From a virus (lineage: Duplodnaviria; Caudoviricetes), in the IMG/VR virus record IMGVR_UViG_3300031965_000110, positions 1 through 31,954 of that record: a stretch of 31,954 nucleotides of DNA; one strand, written 5' to 3'. The notes beneath the pieces were generated by a model. That model saw nothing but the letters and a program-made list of their open reading frames with translations, searched no databases and had not been told where the DNA came from. This document shows positions 8,552 to 15,368 of this stretch, one piece after another (position 1 is the stretch's first letter; every line of letters starts with the position of its first letter). The translations under genes and the position numbers were made by a program.

Positions 8552-9291
8552 TGCCCACTCCTAGCTTCCTCGCCGGTCAGGCCTACGCCGTCGACCCTGG
8601 AACCCACTCCTATAACAATCTCTACGGCGGCCCCACCATCGCGCTCATCGTTGATGTGCTCGGCAAGTCGAATCCCTCCGGCGTGACCTACAACGGCGTA
8701 GCCATGACTTTGGCTATGGCATACGCGTACACAGATAGTTTCTTTCTCGAATCCTACTATCTCCTGCACCCTCCCGTGGGGACCTACAACATAGTTGTGT
8801 CGGGCGCTGGAGATGGCGCGGTTCATGCCCGCACCTACAAGAACGTCAAGTCGTCCAGCCCCATCGGGAATACAGCCTCCGCCGAAAACACTGCTGTGCT
8901 CAATACCCCCGAGGTCACCGTTCCCTCGGACGTAACCGAGTTGGTCTTGTGCGCCTCCGCCCATGAGGGTCGTCTCACCAACAACATGACGCCGGCGAGT
9001 GGTCAAACCGAGCGTCTGGAGAGCGCGAGTGGTTTCTCCGACACGGGGTTAATGACGGGAGATGAAGCCGGGGCGACGAGCGTCGCCACGGGCCGGTGGA
9101 ACGGTGCCAATTACTTGACAGGGACCAACAATGGCACCATCGCCTACGGGTTGAAGTATGGGGCGAGTGGTGGAGCACAAATCCTCATCATGGCCACCCG
9201 GCGCTGGCAGGAGTTCATGCGGGACCTGAAGCATGGGCTGGTGCCGCCGGATACGTTGCGCCGGCGGTACAGAGAGCTGGTAACCATCTGA
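8551..9291 (+). CDS. Putative tail-associated / receptor-binding protein (246 aa)
   Basis: TGATG coupling at 8551; Ser/Thr/Gly/Tyr-rich beta protein (SGVTYNGVAMT) with visibly more A/T-ending codons and a basic helical C-terminal tail. Confidence 0.5.
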   Translation: MPTPSFLAGQAYAVDPGTHSYNNLYGGPTIALIVDVLGKSNPSGVTYNGVAMTLAMAYAYTDSFFLESYYLLHPPVGTYNIVVSGAGDGAVHARTYKNVKSSSPIGNTASAENTAVLNTPEVTVPSDVTELVLCASAHEGRLTNNMTPASGQTERLESASGFSDTGLMTGDEAGATSVATGRWNGANYLTGTNNGTIAYGLKYGASGGAQILIMATRRWQEFMRDLKHGLVPPDTLRRRYRELVTI

Positions 9292-9310
9292 TGAACCAAG
9301 GAGCAATGTC

Positions 9311-10255
9311 GTGAACCTCGACCTCGGCAAGAGCATCTTCCTCTGGAACACACCCCTGGTCCTGGGCGGCAACCCCTCGGCCATTGCCGACAAGCTGATC
9401 GAGGGCGGTTTCGACCAGGTCATCCTGAAGGTGGCCGACCGGGGGAAGAAGCACGTCACCAACGTCGGCTCCTTCATCAAGCCGAAGTGGGTCGAGGCCG
9501 TTTCCCGGGAAACGGTGCGGGTCCTCCAGGCGCGAGGCCTCAAGGTCTTCGGCTACGGCTTCTGCTACGGGATCGACATCCCGGGCGAGGCGCACATCGC
9601 CATCTCGCAGACCATCGCCCTCAAGCTGGACGGCTACGTCTTCGACGTCGAGGGGCGCTTCGAGGGACAGCCCGACGCTCCCGGCCGGGCCCGGACCTTG
9701 GGCGCGATCTTCCGGAGCGGATGCCCGACGACCCCTGCGATCTTCTGTGGCTTTGCGATGTTCAGGTCCTACGGTGGCGGGACCTGGCACAACGTGGAGC
9801 TGCACAAGGCGATGATGGCCTGGTGCGACGCCGGGATGCCGATGTGCTACTGGCCGGCAGACCCGAAGAAATCTGTAGCCAACCATGTGGCGAACGCCCT
9901 GGCGCTGCTGAACGAGACGATGCACCAGTGGCGGTCCATCACGTCGAAGCCAATCTACCCTGTGGGGCGGGCCTACAACGGGGACGCCGGCGTGGCATCG
10001 CCAGAGGCGATGATCGCCTTCGACGAGCGGGTGCACGAGATCGGGCTGAAGGGCGTGAGCTGGTGGTTGCTCGACCAGGTCCTCAATCGGCTCGACCCCT
10101 CGATCTGGGCCGCGCTGAAGTCCATGCCGGGGTTCTCTCCCCCCATCCCTCCGCCCCCTTCCCCGCCCTGGCAACCGCCCGTCCCGTCCTTGACGGTCGA
10201 GCAGCGCCTGGCCGCGCTCGAGACCTTACACCAACCCGGAGGCGCGCACCTGTGA
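9311..10255 (+). CDS. Putative endolysin (TIM-barrel glycoside hydrolase, GH25-like) with Pro-rich C-terminal linker
   Basis: VILKVAD, GLKVFGYGF, GYVFDVE and GVSWW motifs; AAGGAG RBS; precedes membrane proteins. Confidence 0.65.
   Translation: MNLDLGKSIFLWNTPLVLGGNPSAIADKLIEGGFDQVILKVADRGKKHVTNVGSFIKPKWVEAVSRETVRVLQARGLKVFGYGFCYGIDIPGEAHIAISQTIALKLDGYVFDVEGRFEGQPDAPGRARTLGAIFRSGCPTTPAIFCGFAMFRSYGGGTWHNVELHKAMMAWCDAGMPMCYWPADPKKSVANHVANALALLNETMHQWRSITSKPIYPVGRAYNGDAGVASPEAMIAFDERVHEIGLKGVSWWLLDQVLNRLDPSIWAALKSMPGFSPPIPPPPSPPWQPPVPSLTVEQRLAALETLHQPGGAHL
9498..9515. promoter_or_regulatory. parS-like perfect palindrome CCGTTTCCCGGGAAACGG (encodes VSRET)
   Basis: 18-bp perfect dyad inside the endolysin gene. 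Confidence 0.62.
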
Positions 10256-10695
10256 CCTTCCCCGCCGATCCGATGCCGGTCTCTGCCGACGCTCTCAAGG
10301 AGGTCAAAGTCGAGGTCGCACGCTTCGCGGGCTTCCTCGCCGACGTCGTTCAGAACGTCGAGGCCCAGGGGAAGGAGCTAGATCGCCAGGGCCATGAGCT
10401 CTCGCAGGTGGTGGAGTCAAGCAAGCGAGGCGACGAGTGGCGGACTCACTACTCGGCCAAGATCGACCAGATGCACAGGTCGCTGGTCGGCAACGGTGGG
10501 CCGGGGATCCTGACGCGCCTGGCTGTCAACGAGGGCGATGTCGCGCACGTCAAAGAAATCGTCGCGCACGTCAAGGAAGTCCTTGGGATAAAAGTCAAGA
10601 GCGTAAAGGAGTCGTCTATCGATTGGAAATGGCTGGCGCTGTTTGCCGTGAACGCCCTGGTCGTCATCATCCTGGCGGCCACCAACCTGAAATAG
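10252..10695 (+). CDS. Coiled-coil protein with C-terminal transmembrane helix (lysis-associated)
   Basis: GTGA overlap with the endolysin stop; LVGNGGPGILTRL motif; hydrophobic WKWLALFAVNALVVIILAA end. Confidence 0.6.
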   Translation: MTFPADPMPVSADALKEVKVEVARFAGFLADVVQNVEAQGKELDRQGHELSQVVESSKRGDEWRTHYSAKIDQMHRSLVGNGGPGILTRLAVNEGDVAHVKEIVAHVKEVLGIKVKSVKESSIDWKWLALFAVNALVVIILAATNLK

Positions 10696-10704
10696 GAGGC
10701 TCGA

Positions 10705-10992
10705 ATGGAACCGGCGATCTTCGCAACCGTAGCAGCAGTCATCGCAGGGCTCGTTGGTGTGCCCGCGGTGAACTTCATCAAGGCGCGCTTGGGCTGGTCG
10801 GGCGACCGCGTCAAGTTCCTCTCAGCCGCCGTCAGTGGCGTGCTCGCCATCCTCTCCTTGGGGGCGGCTTGCGTCGTCGCCATCGCCGGCTTGGCGTGCG
10901 TCCTGCCCCTTACCTGGGACAGCGGCGCGGCTGCCGTGGGCATTGCCTTCACGGTCAGCCAGCTGTTCTACGCGCTGCTTCCCAAGAACTGA
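10705..10992 (+). CDS. Holin-like membrane protein
   Basis: 95 aa, about 3 hydrophobic helices, AGGAGG RBS, last gene of the lysis cassette. Confidence 0.7.
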   Translation: MEPAIFATVAAVIAGLVGVPAVNFIKARLGWSGDRVKFLSAAVSGVLAILSLGAACVVAIAGLACVLPLTWDSGAAAVGIAFTVSQLFYALLPKN

Positions 10993-11018
10993 GGGTGCTC
11001 AGGCTCGCCCCGAAAGAG

Positions 11019-11047
11019 AAACCCGCCCCTGATCCAGGGGCGGGTTT
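11019..11047. terminator. Intrinsic terminator, probably bidirectional
   Basis: AAACCCGCCCCT-gatcc-AGGGGCGGGTTT, a 12-bp perfect stem with A/T ends, between converging units. Confidence 0.8.
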
Positions 11048-11088
11048 GCGTTGCCAGTCGCTAGACGTTCAACGACGCGTAGCGGGCC

Positions 11089-11253
11089 TCAACGCATCTC
11101 CAAGCCGACAATCTCGCCTCGACCGACGATCACGCCCTCCAGGAGATCTCGCAACGCCTGGTTGACTTCAAGCGCGGGTGCTTGGCCGAGGAAAGCAGGC
11201 AAGGACTCCAGGATCCCGGCCAGGCGATCGACTGATTCCCGGCGCCGGCGTCG
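11089..11253 (-). pseudogene. Start-less fragment resembling the extreme C-terminus of a large serine recombinase (integrase remnant)
   Basis: Minus frame reads RRRRRESVDRLAGILESLPAFLGQAPALEVNQALRDLLEGVIVGRGEIVGLEMR*. No start codon upstream before the in-frame TAG at 11355-11353; canonical integrase position and orientation after lysis. Confidence 0.5.
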
Positions 11254-11314
11254 CGAAGCCTGCCCACTGGCTTCCTGCGTGGCCGGCTTTGCGCCGCACG
11301 CGCTATTTTGATAC

Positions 11315-11342
11315 TTGACAAGCGCAGCGAATCCCGTATGAT
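11315..11342 (+). promoter_or_regulatory. sigma70-type early promoter
   Basis: TTGACA-N16-TATGAT upstream of the early operon. Confidence 0.75.
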
Positions 11343-11407
11343 TTCCATAGGCCTACCGGAATGGGCTTTTCTGTTGGGTCAACCTATCCGGATGGCGTAT
11401 AGAACCG

Positions 11408-11674
11408 ATGCTCCGTACTCTCACTCCCCGCATGAAAGAGATCGCCAAGGCCCACAGTCTCGTCTCGGCGCCGCCAGTGGCCGCCGTGGGCGCCTTTCGC
11501 CGGCTCCTGGTCGAGACCATCACGAGGCACGGGAGCATGACCGGCGCATCCAAAGAGCTAGGGCTGAACCCGGCGCAGCTGAACAACTGGTGCAACTGGC
11601 TGGAGATTCGTCGCAAGGTCAACCGCACAACCACGGCCCACACCGTGGCCAGCATCCTGGAGAAGGCCCGATGA
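11408..11674 (+). CDS. HTH DNA-binding protein (Cro/Fis-like)
   Basis: GSMTGASKELGLNPAQLNNW helix-turn-helix; first early gene. Confidence 0.65.
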   Translation: MLRTLTPRMKEIAKAHSLVSAPPVAAVGAFRRLLVETITRHGSMTGASKELGLNPAQLNNWCNWLEIRRKVNRTTTAHTVASILEKAR

Positions 11675-11901
11675 GACTGTTCGATCGCTTTCGGCGCCCG
11701 AGAGTGAACGGTTCTACGCCTACACCTCCCGAACCCGTTGTGCCTCTTTCGGAAGAAGAGCTCAAGCAGAAGGCGGCTCAGGCCAGCTTCATCGTCGTTG
11801 AGTTCGCCGGCACTGGCCAACGCCGGATATGGGATTGGGAGAACGAGATCATCGAGCGCGCAAAGCGTTCGAAGATCGCCGTTCCCGGACGGACGCACTG
11901 A
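11671..11901 (+). CDS. Hypothetical protein (76 aa)
   Basis: ATGA coupling with the upstream gene and TGATG with the downstream gene. Confidence 0.55.
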   Translation: MRLFDRFRRPRVNGSTPTPPEPVVPLSEEELKQKAAQASFIVVEFAGTGQRRIWDWENEIIERAKRSKIAVPGRTH

Positions 11902-12119
11902 TGGTGTCGGTCGACCAGCTCCGCGCTCCGACCGCAGATCAAGTCGAGATCGATCGAGCGTCTGCGGCTGTCCTTCGAATGCCTCCCGTTGAAGCCGAGG
12001 AAGCGGCTCGTACGGTAAGGCTCCAGCGCTTCGCCCTGCGCGTGGAGCAATGGGCCGCTTCGGGCGAGATCTTCAAGAGCGTGGGGGAAAGCGAAGGGGA
12101 AGGTGAGACAGACGGATGA
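11901..12119 (+). CDS. Hypothetical protein (72 aa)
   Basis: Coupled start ATG 11901. Confidence 0.5.
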   Translation: MVSVDQLRAPTADQVEIDRASAAVLRMPPVEAEEAARTVRLQRFALRVEQWAASGEIFKSVGESEGEGETDG

Positions 12120-12357
12120 GGAAGAAGGCGAGCGCGAGCGCACAGAGTGTGCCCTGGCCGCCTTGGCGGATGCTCGCCTTGCTCTTGAACTGGTGGGCCA
12201 TCGCCTGCATCGAGCTGGAGGAAGTCCTGGTTCGTCACTACAGGAAGTCTTCGACGAACTCGACGAGGCCCACCGGGCAGTCCTTCGGGCCCAGGGCTAC
12301 CTCGGCGAAGAGTGGCGAGCCTGGCAGCGAGAGCGTGGGTATCACAACGGGGAGTGA
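12103..12357 (+). CDS. Hypothetical helical protein (84 aa)
   Basis: GGGAAG before GTG; amphipathic helices; GTGA coupling to the next gene. Confidence 0.5.
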   Translation: MRQTDEEEGERERTECALAALADARLALELVGHRLHRAGGSPGSSLQEVFDELDEAHRAVLRAQGYLGEEWRAWQRERGYHNGE

Positions 12358-12554
12358 TCAGGGTGGAACAGGGGATCACTGAGGCTCTCGCTGCTCGTGC
12401 GTTTCAAAGACTGGACGCTGTCGACCAGGAGCGCGTGCTGGCCCAGGTCCAACGGCTCGTGGCACGTGGCGTCCGCATGGAGGGGAAGGCGCTGGCCTTA
12501 CTGGCCGCCGTAGGAGCCTGGATGGCGCAGCGGAGCCAGGATCAGGAGAAGTGA
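12354..12554 (+). CDS. Hypothetical protein (66 aa)
   Basis: GTG overlapping the previous stop. Confidence 0.5.
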   Translation: MIRVEQGITEALAARAFQRLDAVDQERVLAQVQRLVARGVRMEGKALALLAAVGAWMAQRSQDQEK

Positions 12555-12561
12555 GCTCGGG

Positions 12562-12708
12562 CCCCGAAGGGGGTCCATTCACGGGGCGCTCCTTCCCCCT
12601 GGCGCTCGTGTGGATGGTCCCCTTCGGGGTTTTGGTGCAAGCCCCGAGATTCTTCTCCTCCTTTGACCGCGGGGAGCCCGGCTGATGGCTGGCGGGCCGG
12701 GCTCCCCA
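12562..12708 (+). ncRNA. Candidate structured RNA / regulatory intergenic element
   Basis: Long inverted repeat 12562-12629 (CCCCGAAGGGG...CCCCTTCGGGG), pyrimidine tract TTCTTCTCCTCCTTT, and a 12-bp hairpin GGGGAGCCCGGC...GCCGGGCTCCCC. Confidence 0.35.
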
Positions 12709-12720
12709 AGGGGGCAGCTC

Positions 12721-13107
12721 GTGAGATCGGATGAAAGCAAGGCACTCGAGGCGCAGGTCCTGGCGATTCTCCGGACGCGCCTCGGCCGGGCCAAGAAGAT
12801 CAAGAGAGCCGAGCTGGTCTGGACGCTGCGGACCTGTGGGTTCCTTCGTGACATCTCCGACGAGCACGCCGATCGCAAGGCCCGCGAGGCCATCGAGTCG
12901 CTCCGGAAGACGGATCCCGAGGGCGGGCGGATCGTGTCGCTTTCCGAGACGTCCGGATATTGGTGGTCCGAGGACGTGAAGGAGATCCAGCAGGCGCAGG
13001 CCGAGGACACCAGCCGGATCAAGAACACGGCGGAGAAGATGCGCAATCGCCAGGCGCTTCTCGGACAGCTGGAGGCAGATCACTTGATGGAAGGCCGACT
13101 CTTTTGA
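12721..13107 (+). CDS. Winged-helix DNA-binding protein (128 aa)
   Basis: IKRAELV...DRKAREAIESLR...IVS...SGYW pattern; GTG start chosen downstream of the hairpin. Confidence 0.65.
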   Translation: MRSDESKALEAQVLAILRTRLGRAKKIKRAELVWTLRTCGFLRDISDEHADRKAREAIESLRKTDPEGGRIVSLSETSGYWWSEDVKEIQQAQAEDTSRIKNTAEKMRNRQALLGQLEADHLMEGRLF

Positions 13108-13186
13108 CCCCCGACATGATCCCGGTCTGCAACGGGCTGGCGGCGATCGTGCTGATGCTGCTCGTGTCCTCCCTGCTGAGGCCGCG

Positions 13187-13396
13187 ATGAGACGCGTCGG
13201 GCATTGCCTTTTGTGGGCGATCTGGCTTGTCCTCGTGGCGGTCGCGCTATGGCTATCGGACGCGCAGGCCAGCGGGGTGGCGCCAACGAGCGTGTCGGCC
13301 GTCGTCGGCGCCGATCTGGTGGACCTGTTCCGGATCGAGGACGGCTGGGCGTGCGGGGGCTCGGCGCACGAGTGCAATCCCTTGCCTCTTGGCTGA
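13187..13396 (+). CDS. Hypothetical protein with N-terminal signal/TM segment
   Basis: MRRVGHCLLWAIWLVLVAVALWLS hydrophobic N-terminus. Confidence 0.5.
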   Translation: MRRVGHCLLWAIWLVLVAVALWLSDAQASGVAPTSVSAVVGADLVDLFRIEDGWACGGSAHECNPLPLG

Positions 13397-13407
13397 AACT
13401 AACCCGA

Positions 13408-13703
13408 TGCGGAAGATGCTGTGCCCGATCGACGCCGAGCTGCCCGACTTCCTATTCGCCTACACGGCCGCGCGGGCAATCCTGGCGGCGCCGATCTCGG
13501 ACTTCCCGGTGGAGCTGCGTGGTTACGACAACTTCCGCTCGCCTTCGATCGTGGGGGAGAGGCAGCGCAACCGCCTCCCGGACGGCTTGCTGTCCCGGCA
13601 ATTCTTCGCGCGTGCGAACATCTGGCGCGACGAATTCCCGGACGACAACGCCTACTGGTTTCCGCAGGTCCCAACAGCAGACAGGAGCGCGAGAGGACGA
13701 TGA
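13408..13703 (+). CDS. Hypothetical protein (98 aa); possibly a C-terminal piece of the 13187 gene
   Basis: Protein-like composition; its stop overlaps the next ATG. Confidence 0.45.
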
Positions 13704-13828
13704 CAACCCTCGATTGGATTGCCCTGGCTGTTCTATGTGTTGGCCCGCTGGCGATAGCCATTCTGATCGCCTGGGCCGCGGTGTCGGGGCTCGCCCGGCT
13801 GTACGACGACCTGGCCGAGTATGACTAG
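13700..13828 (+). CDS. Small single-TM protein (42 aa)
   Basis: GAGG RBS; MTTLDWIALAVLCVGPLAIAILIAWAAVSG. Confidence 0.55.
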   Translation: MTTLDWIALAVLCVGPLAIAILIAWAAVSGLARLYDDLAEYD

Positions 13829-13958
13829 CGTCCTGTTCGAGTGCTGGCGCTGTCCTGCGCTGTTCCGGTCGCTGGCCGAGCTGCTGGCCCATTGGGATCG
13901 GTGTCGAGCGGTGACACCCGCGGGCCAGGAGAAGGTCCTCGTGAGGCTCGCTCTATGA
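13821..13958 (+). CDS. 45-aa C2HC zinc-finger-like microprotein (absent from the ORF track)
   Basis: MTSVLFECWRCPALFRSLAELLAHWDRCRAVTPAGQEKVLVRLAL*; overlaps both neighbours. Confidence 0.55.
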   Translation: MTSVLFECWRCPALFRSLAELLAHWDRCRAVTPAGQEKVLVRLAL

Positions 13959-14212
13959 GCGTGTGGCTGAGATACCGGCGCCGGCTAAGGGAGAAGTTGA
14001 TTGCTGGACGCGGCGGGGCCTGTGAGGAGTGCGGAGACCGAGATGGGCCTCTCGAATTCGCGCATGTCAAGCCGACGGCGCTCCGCGGGGAAGGCCGAGG
14101 ATCGAGCAAGCGAGTCCACGACGTCCGGCGCCATCCGGAGTGCTATCGGCTGCTCTGCAAGTCCTGTCACGACGAGCTGGACCTCGGCGTTCGTCGGGCG
14201 GTGGCGGCGTAG
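13955..14212 (+). CDS. Small HNH-fold endonuclease-like protein
   Basis: CEECG...LEFAH...LLCKSCH; ATGA coupling. Confidence 0.7.
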   Translation: MSVWLRYRRRLREKLIAGRGGACEECGDRDGPLEFAHVKPTALRGEGRGSSKRVHDVRRHPECYRLLCKSCHDELDLGVRRAVAA

Positions 14213-14974
14213 ATGGCGCGTAAGACCTGGATCAAGCTGAAGCGGGGACTGCTCGCCCCAAAGCACCGGGAGGCGATCGGGATTCGGGTCTGGCTGTACC
14301 TCTTCATCCTCGATCGGGCGAACTGGGAGGAAGGGGCGGTACTCACGTGGCGCGACCAGGACGCCTCCGAGGAGTTGGAGATGCCGATCGACACAGTGCG
14401 CCAGCAGCGGCGCCAGCTAGAGGTGGCCGGTTACATCAGAACGGAGCACCAGGGGGACCATCTTCGGCTCGTCGTGTGCAAATGGGTCAACCCCCGCGAG
14501 TACAGCGGGCAGGTCTACAACCCCCCATCCGTGGCGGTACCCGAAGAAGGCGAGAGTCTGCAAAACCCACCACTCTTGGAAAACGAGGGTGGGGACAAGG
14601 GTGGTAACAAGAGTGGGCATGAGAGTGGGTACAAGAGTGGTGAACTTTCACCACCCCTTAAAGGAATCACAGATCACAGTCCACAGATCACAGAGTCAGG
14701 GGCCTCCTCGGCCCCCTCCCGAGACCAAACCCTCTGGGTGCAGGTGCTCGCGGGGCTGCGGCTGTCGCTCAGCCGGGCTGACTATGACACCTGGGTCCGG
14801 AACAGTGAGGTTCGATCTCAGCGGGCTGAGAACGGCAGGCTCCTCCTGGATATCGTCGTTGGCAACGAGTACGCGGCCCATCACCTGATCGAGATGGGGA
14901 TCGACGAGAAGGCGGCCGCCATTGCATCGGAGATCGCGAAGAAGCCGGTGCATGTGCAGATCGGATGCCGATGA
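14213..14974 (+). CDS. Replication initiator: N-terminal wHTH plus C-terminal DnaA_N-like domain
   Basis: WIKLKRGL N-terminus, ASEELEMPIDTVRQQRRQLEVAGYI HTH, LWVQVLAGLRLSLSRADYDTWV...VGNEY DnaA domain I-like. Confidence 0.8.
   Translation: MARKTWIKLKRGLLAPKHREAIGIRVWLYLFILDRANWEEGAVLTWRDQDASEELEMPIDTVRQQRRQLEVAGYIRTEHQGDHLRLVVCKWVNPREYSGQVYNPPSVAVPEEGESLQNPPLLENEGGDKGGNKSGHESGYKSGELSPPLKGITDHSPQITESGASSAPSRDQTLWVQVLAGLRLSLSRADYDTWVRNSEVRSQRAENGRLLLDIVVGNEYAAHHLIEMGIDEKAAAIASEIAKKPVHVQIGCR
14562..14693. repeat. Iteron array, probable replication origin inside the initiator gene
   Basis: Five 12-nt units (A/G)AG(A/G)GTGG.... at 14585-14644, inverted copies at 14562-14577 and 14645-14659, then four 7-nt (AT/TC)CACAG units at 14666-14693. 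Confidence 0.7.
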
Positions 14975-15112
14975 CCCACCCGAACCCGGGATCCGCCCAG
15001 GCCTTGAACCTCGGGCGGGGGCGGGTCTGGCCTCCCATCGAGCCCGCATGCACGGCGTCCCGGGAGAGTACCGTGCCCGAGCGACTGCCGCCCAGGCTCG
15101 CAAGGACGCCCA

Positions 15113-15361
15113 GTGACTGAGGCTCGCGTCCGCGCCGGCTCGATGCTTTGGTTGCTCGAGGACGGCAAAGCTCCGATCGAGGAGAAGATCGCCCGAGCTG
15201 CGGCGTACTACGAATCGAAGTACGGGAAGAAGGCGACGCGCTGCCGGCTGGACCCGCGGACCCTGGCGAAAGGGGAGGCCTTCCCTGTGTCGGTCGGGGA
15301 GATGAAGTGCCTGGTCGACATCCGCGTGCTGGTCGGGCACGTATCGATCGGGGCGGACTGA
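15113..15361 (+). CDS. Conserved hypothetical protein (MLW...EEKIARAAAYYESKYG), recalled from Chloroflexota
   Basis: 82 aa; family recognised from memory only. Confidence 0.6.
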   Translation: MTEARVRAGSMLWLLEDGKAPIEEKIARAAAYYESKYGKKATRCRLDPRTLAKGEAFPVSVGEMKCLVDIRVLVGHVSIGAD

Positions 15362-15368
15362 GAGTCTG

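Noticed and set aside
9487-10251. 402-aa ORF 9487-10695 as a single gene
   Set aside because: The first ~255 codons overlap the endolysin out of frame and look non-coding; only 10252-10695 is protein-like.
11130-11348. 72-aa minus-strand ORF as the phage repressor
   Set aside because: No HTH pattern, and it overlaps the early promoter; a different minus frame carries the protein-like (integrase-tail) signal.
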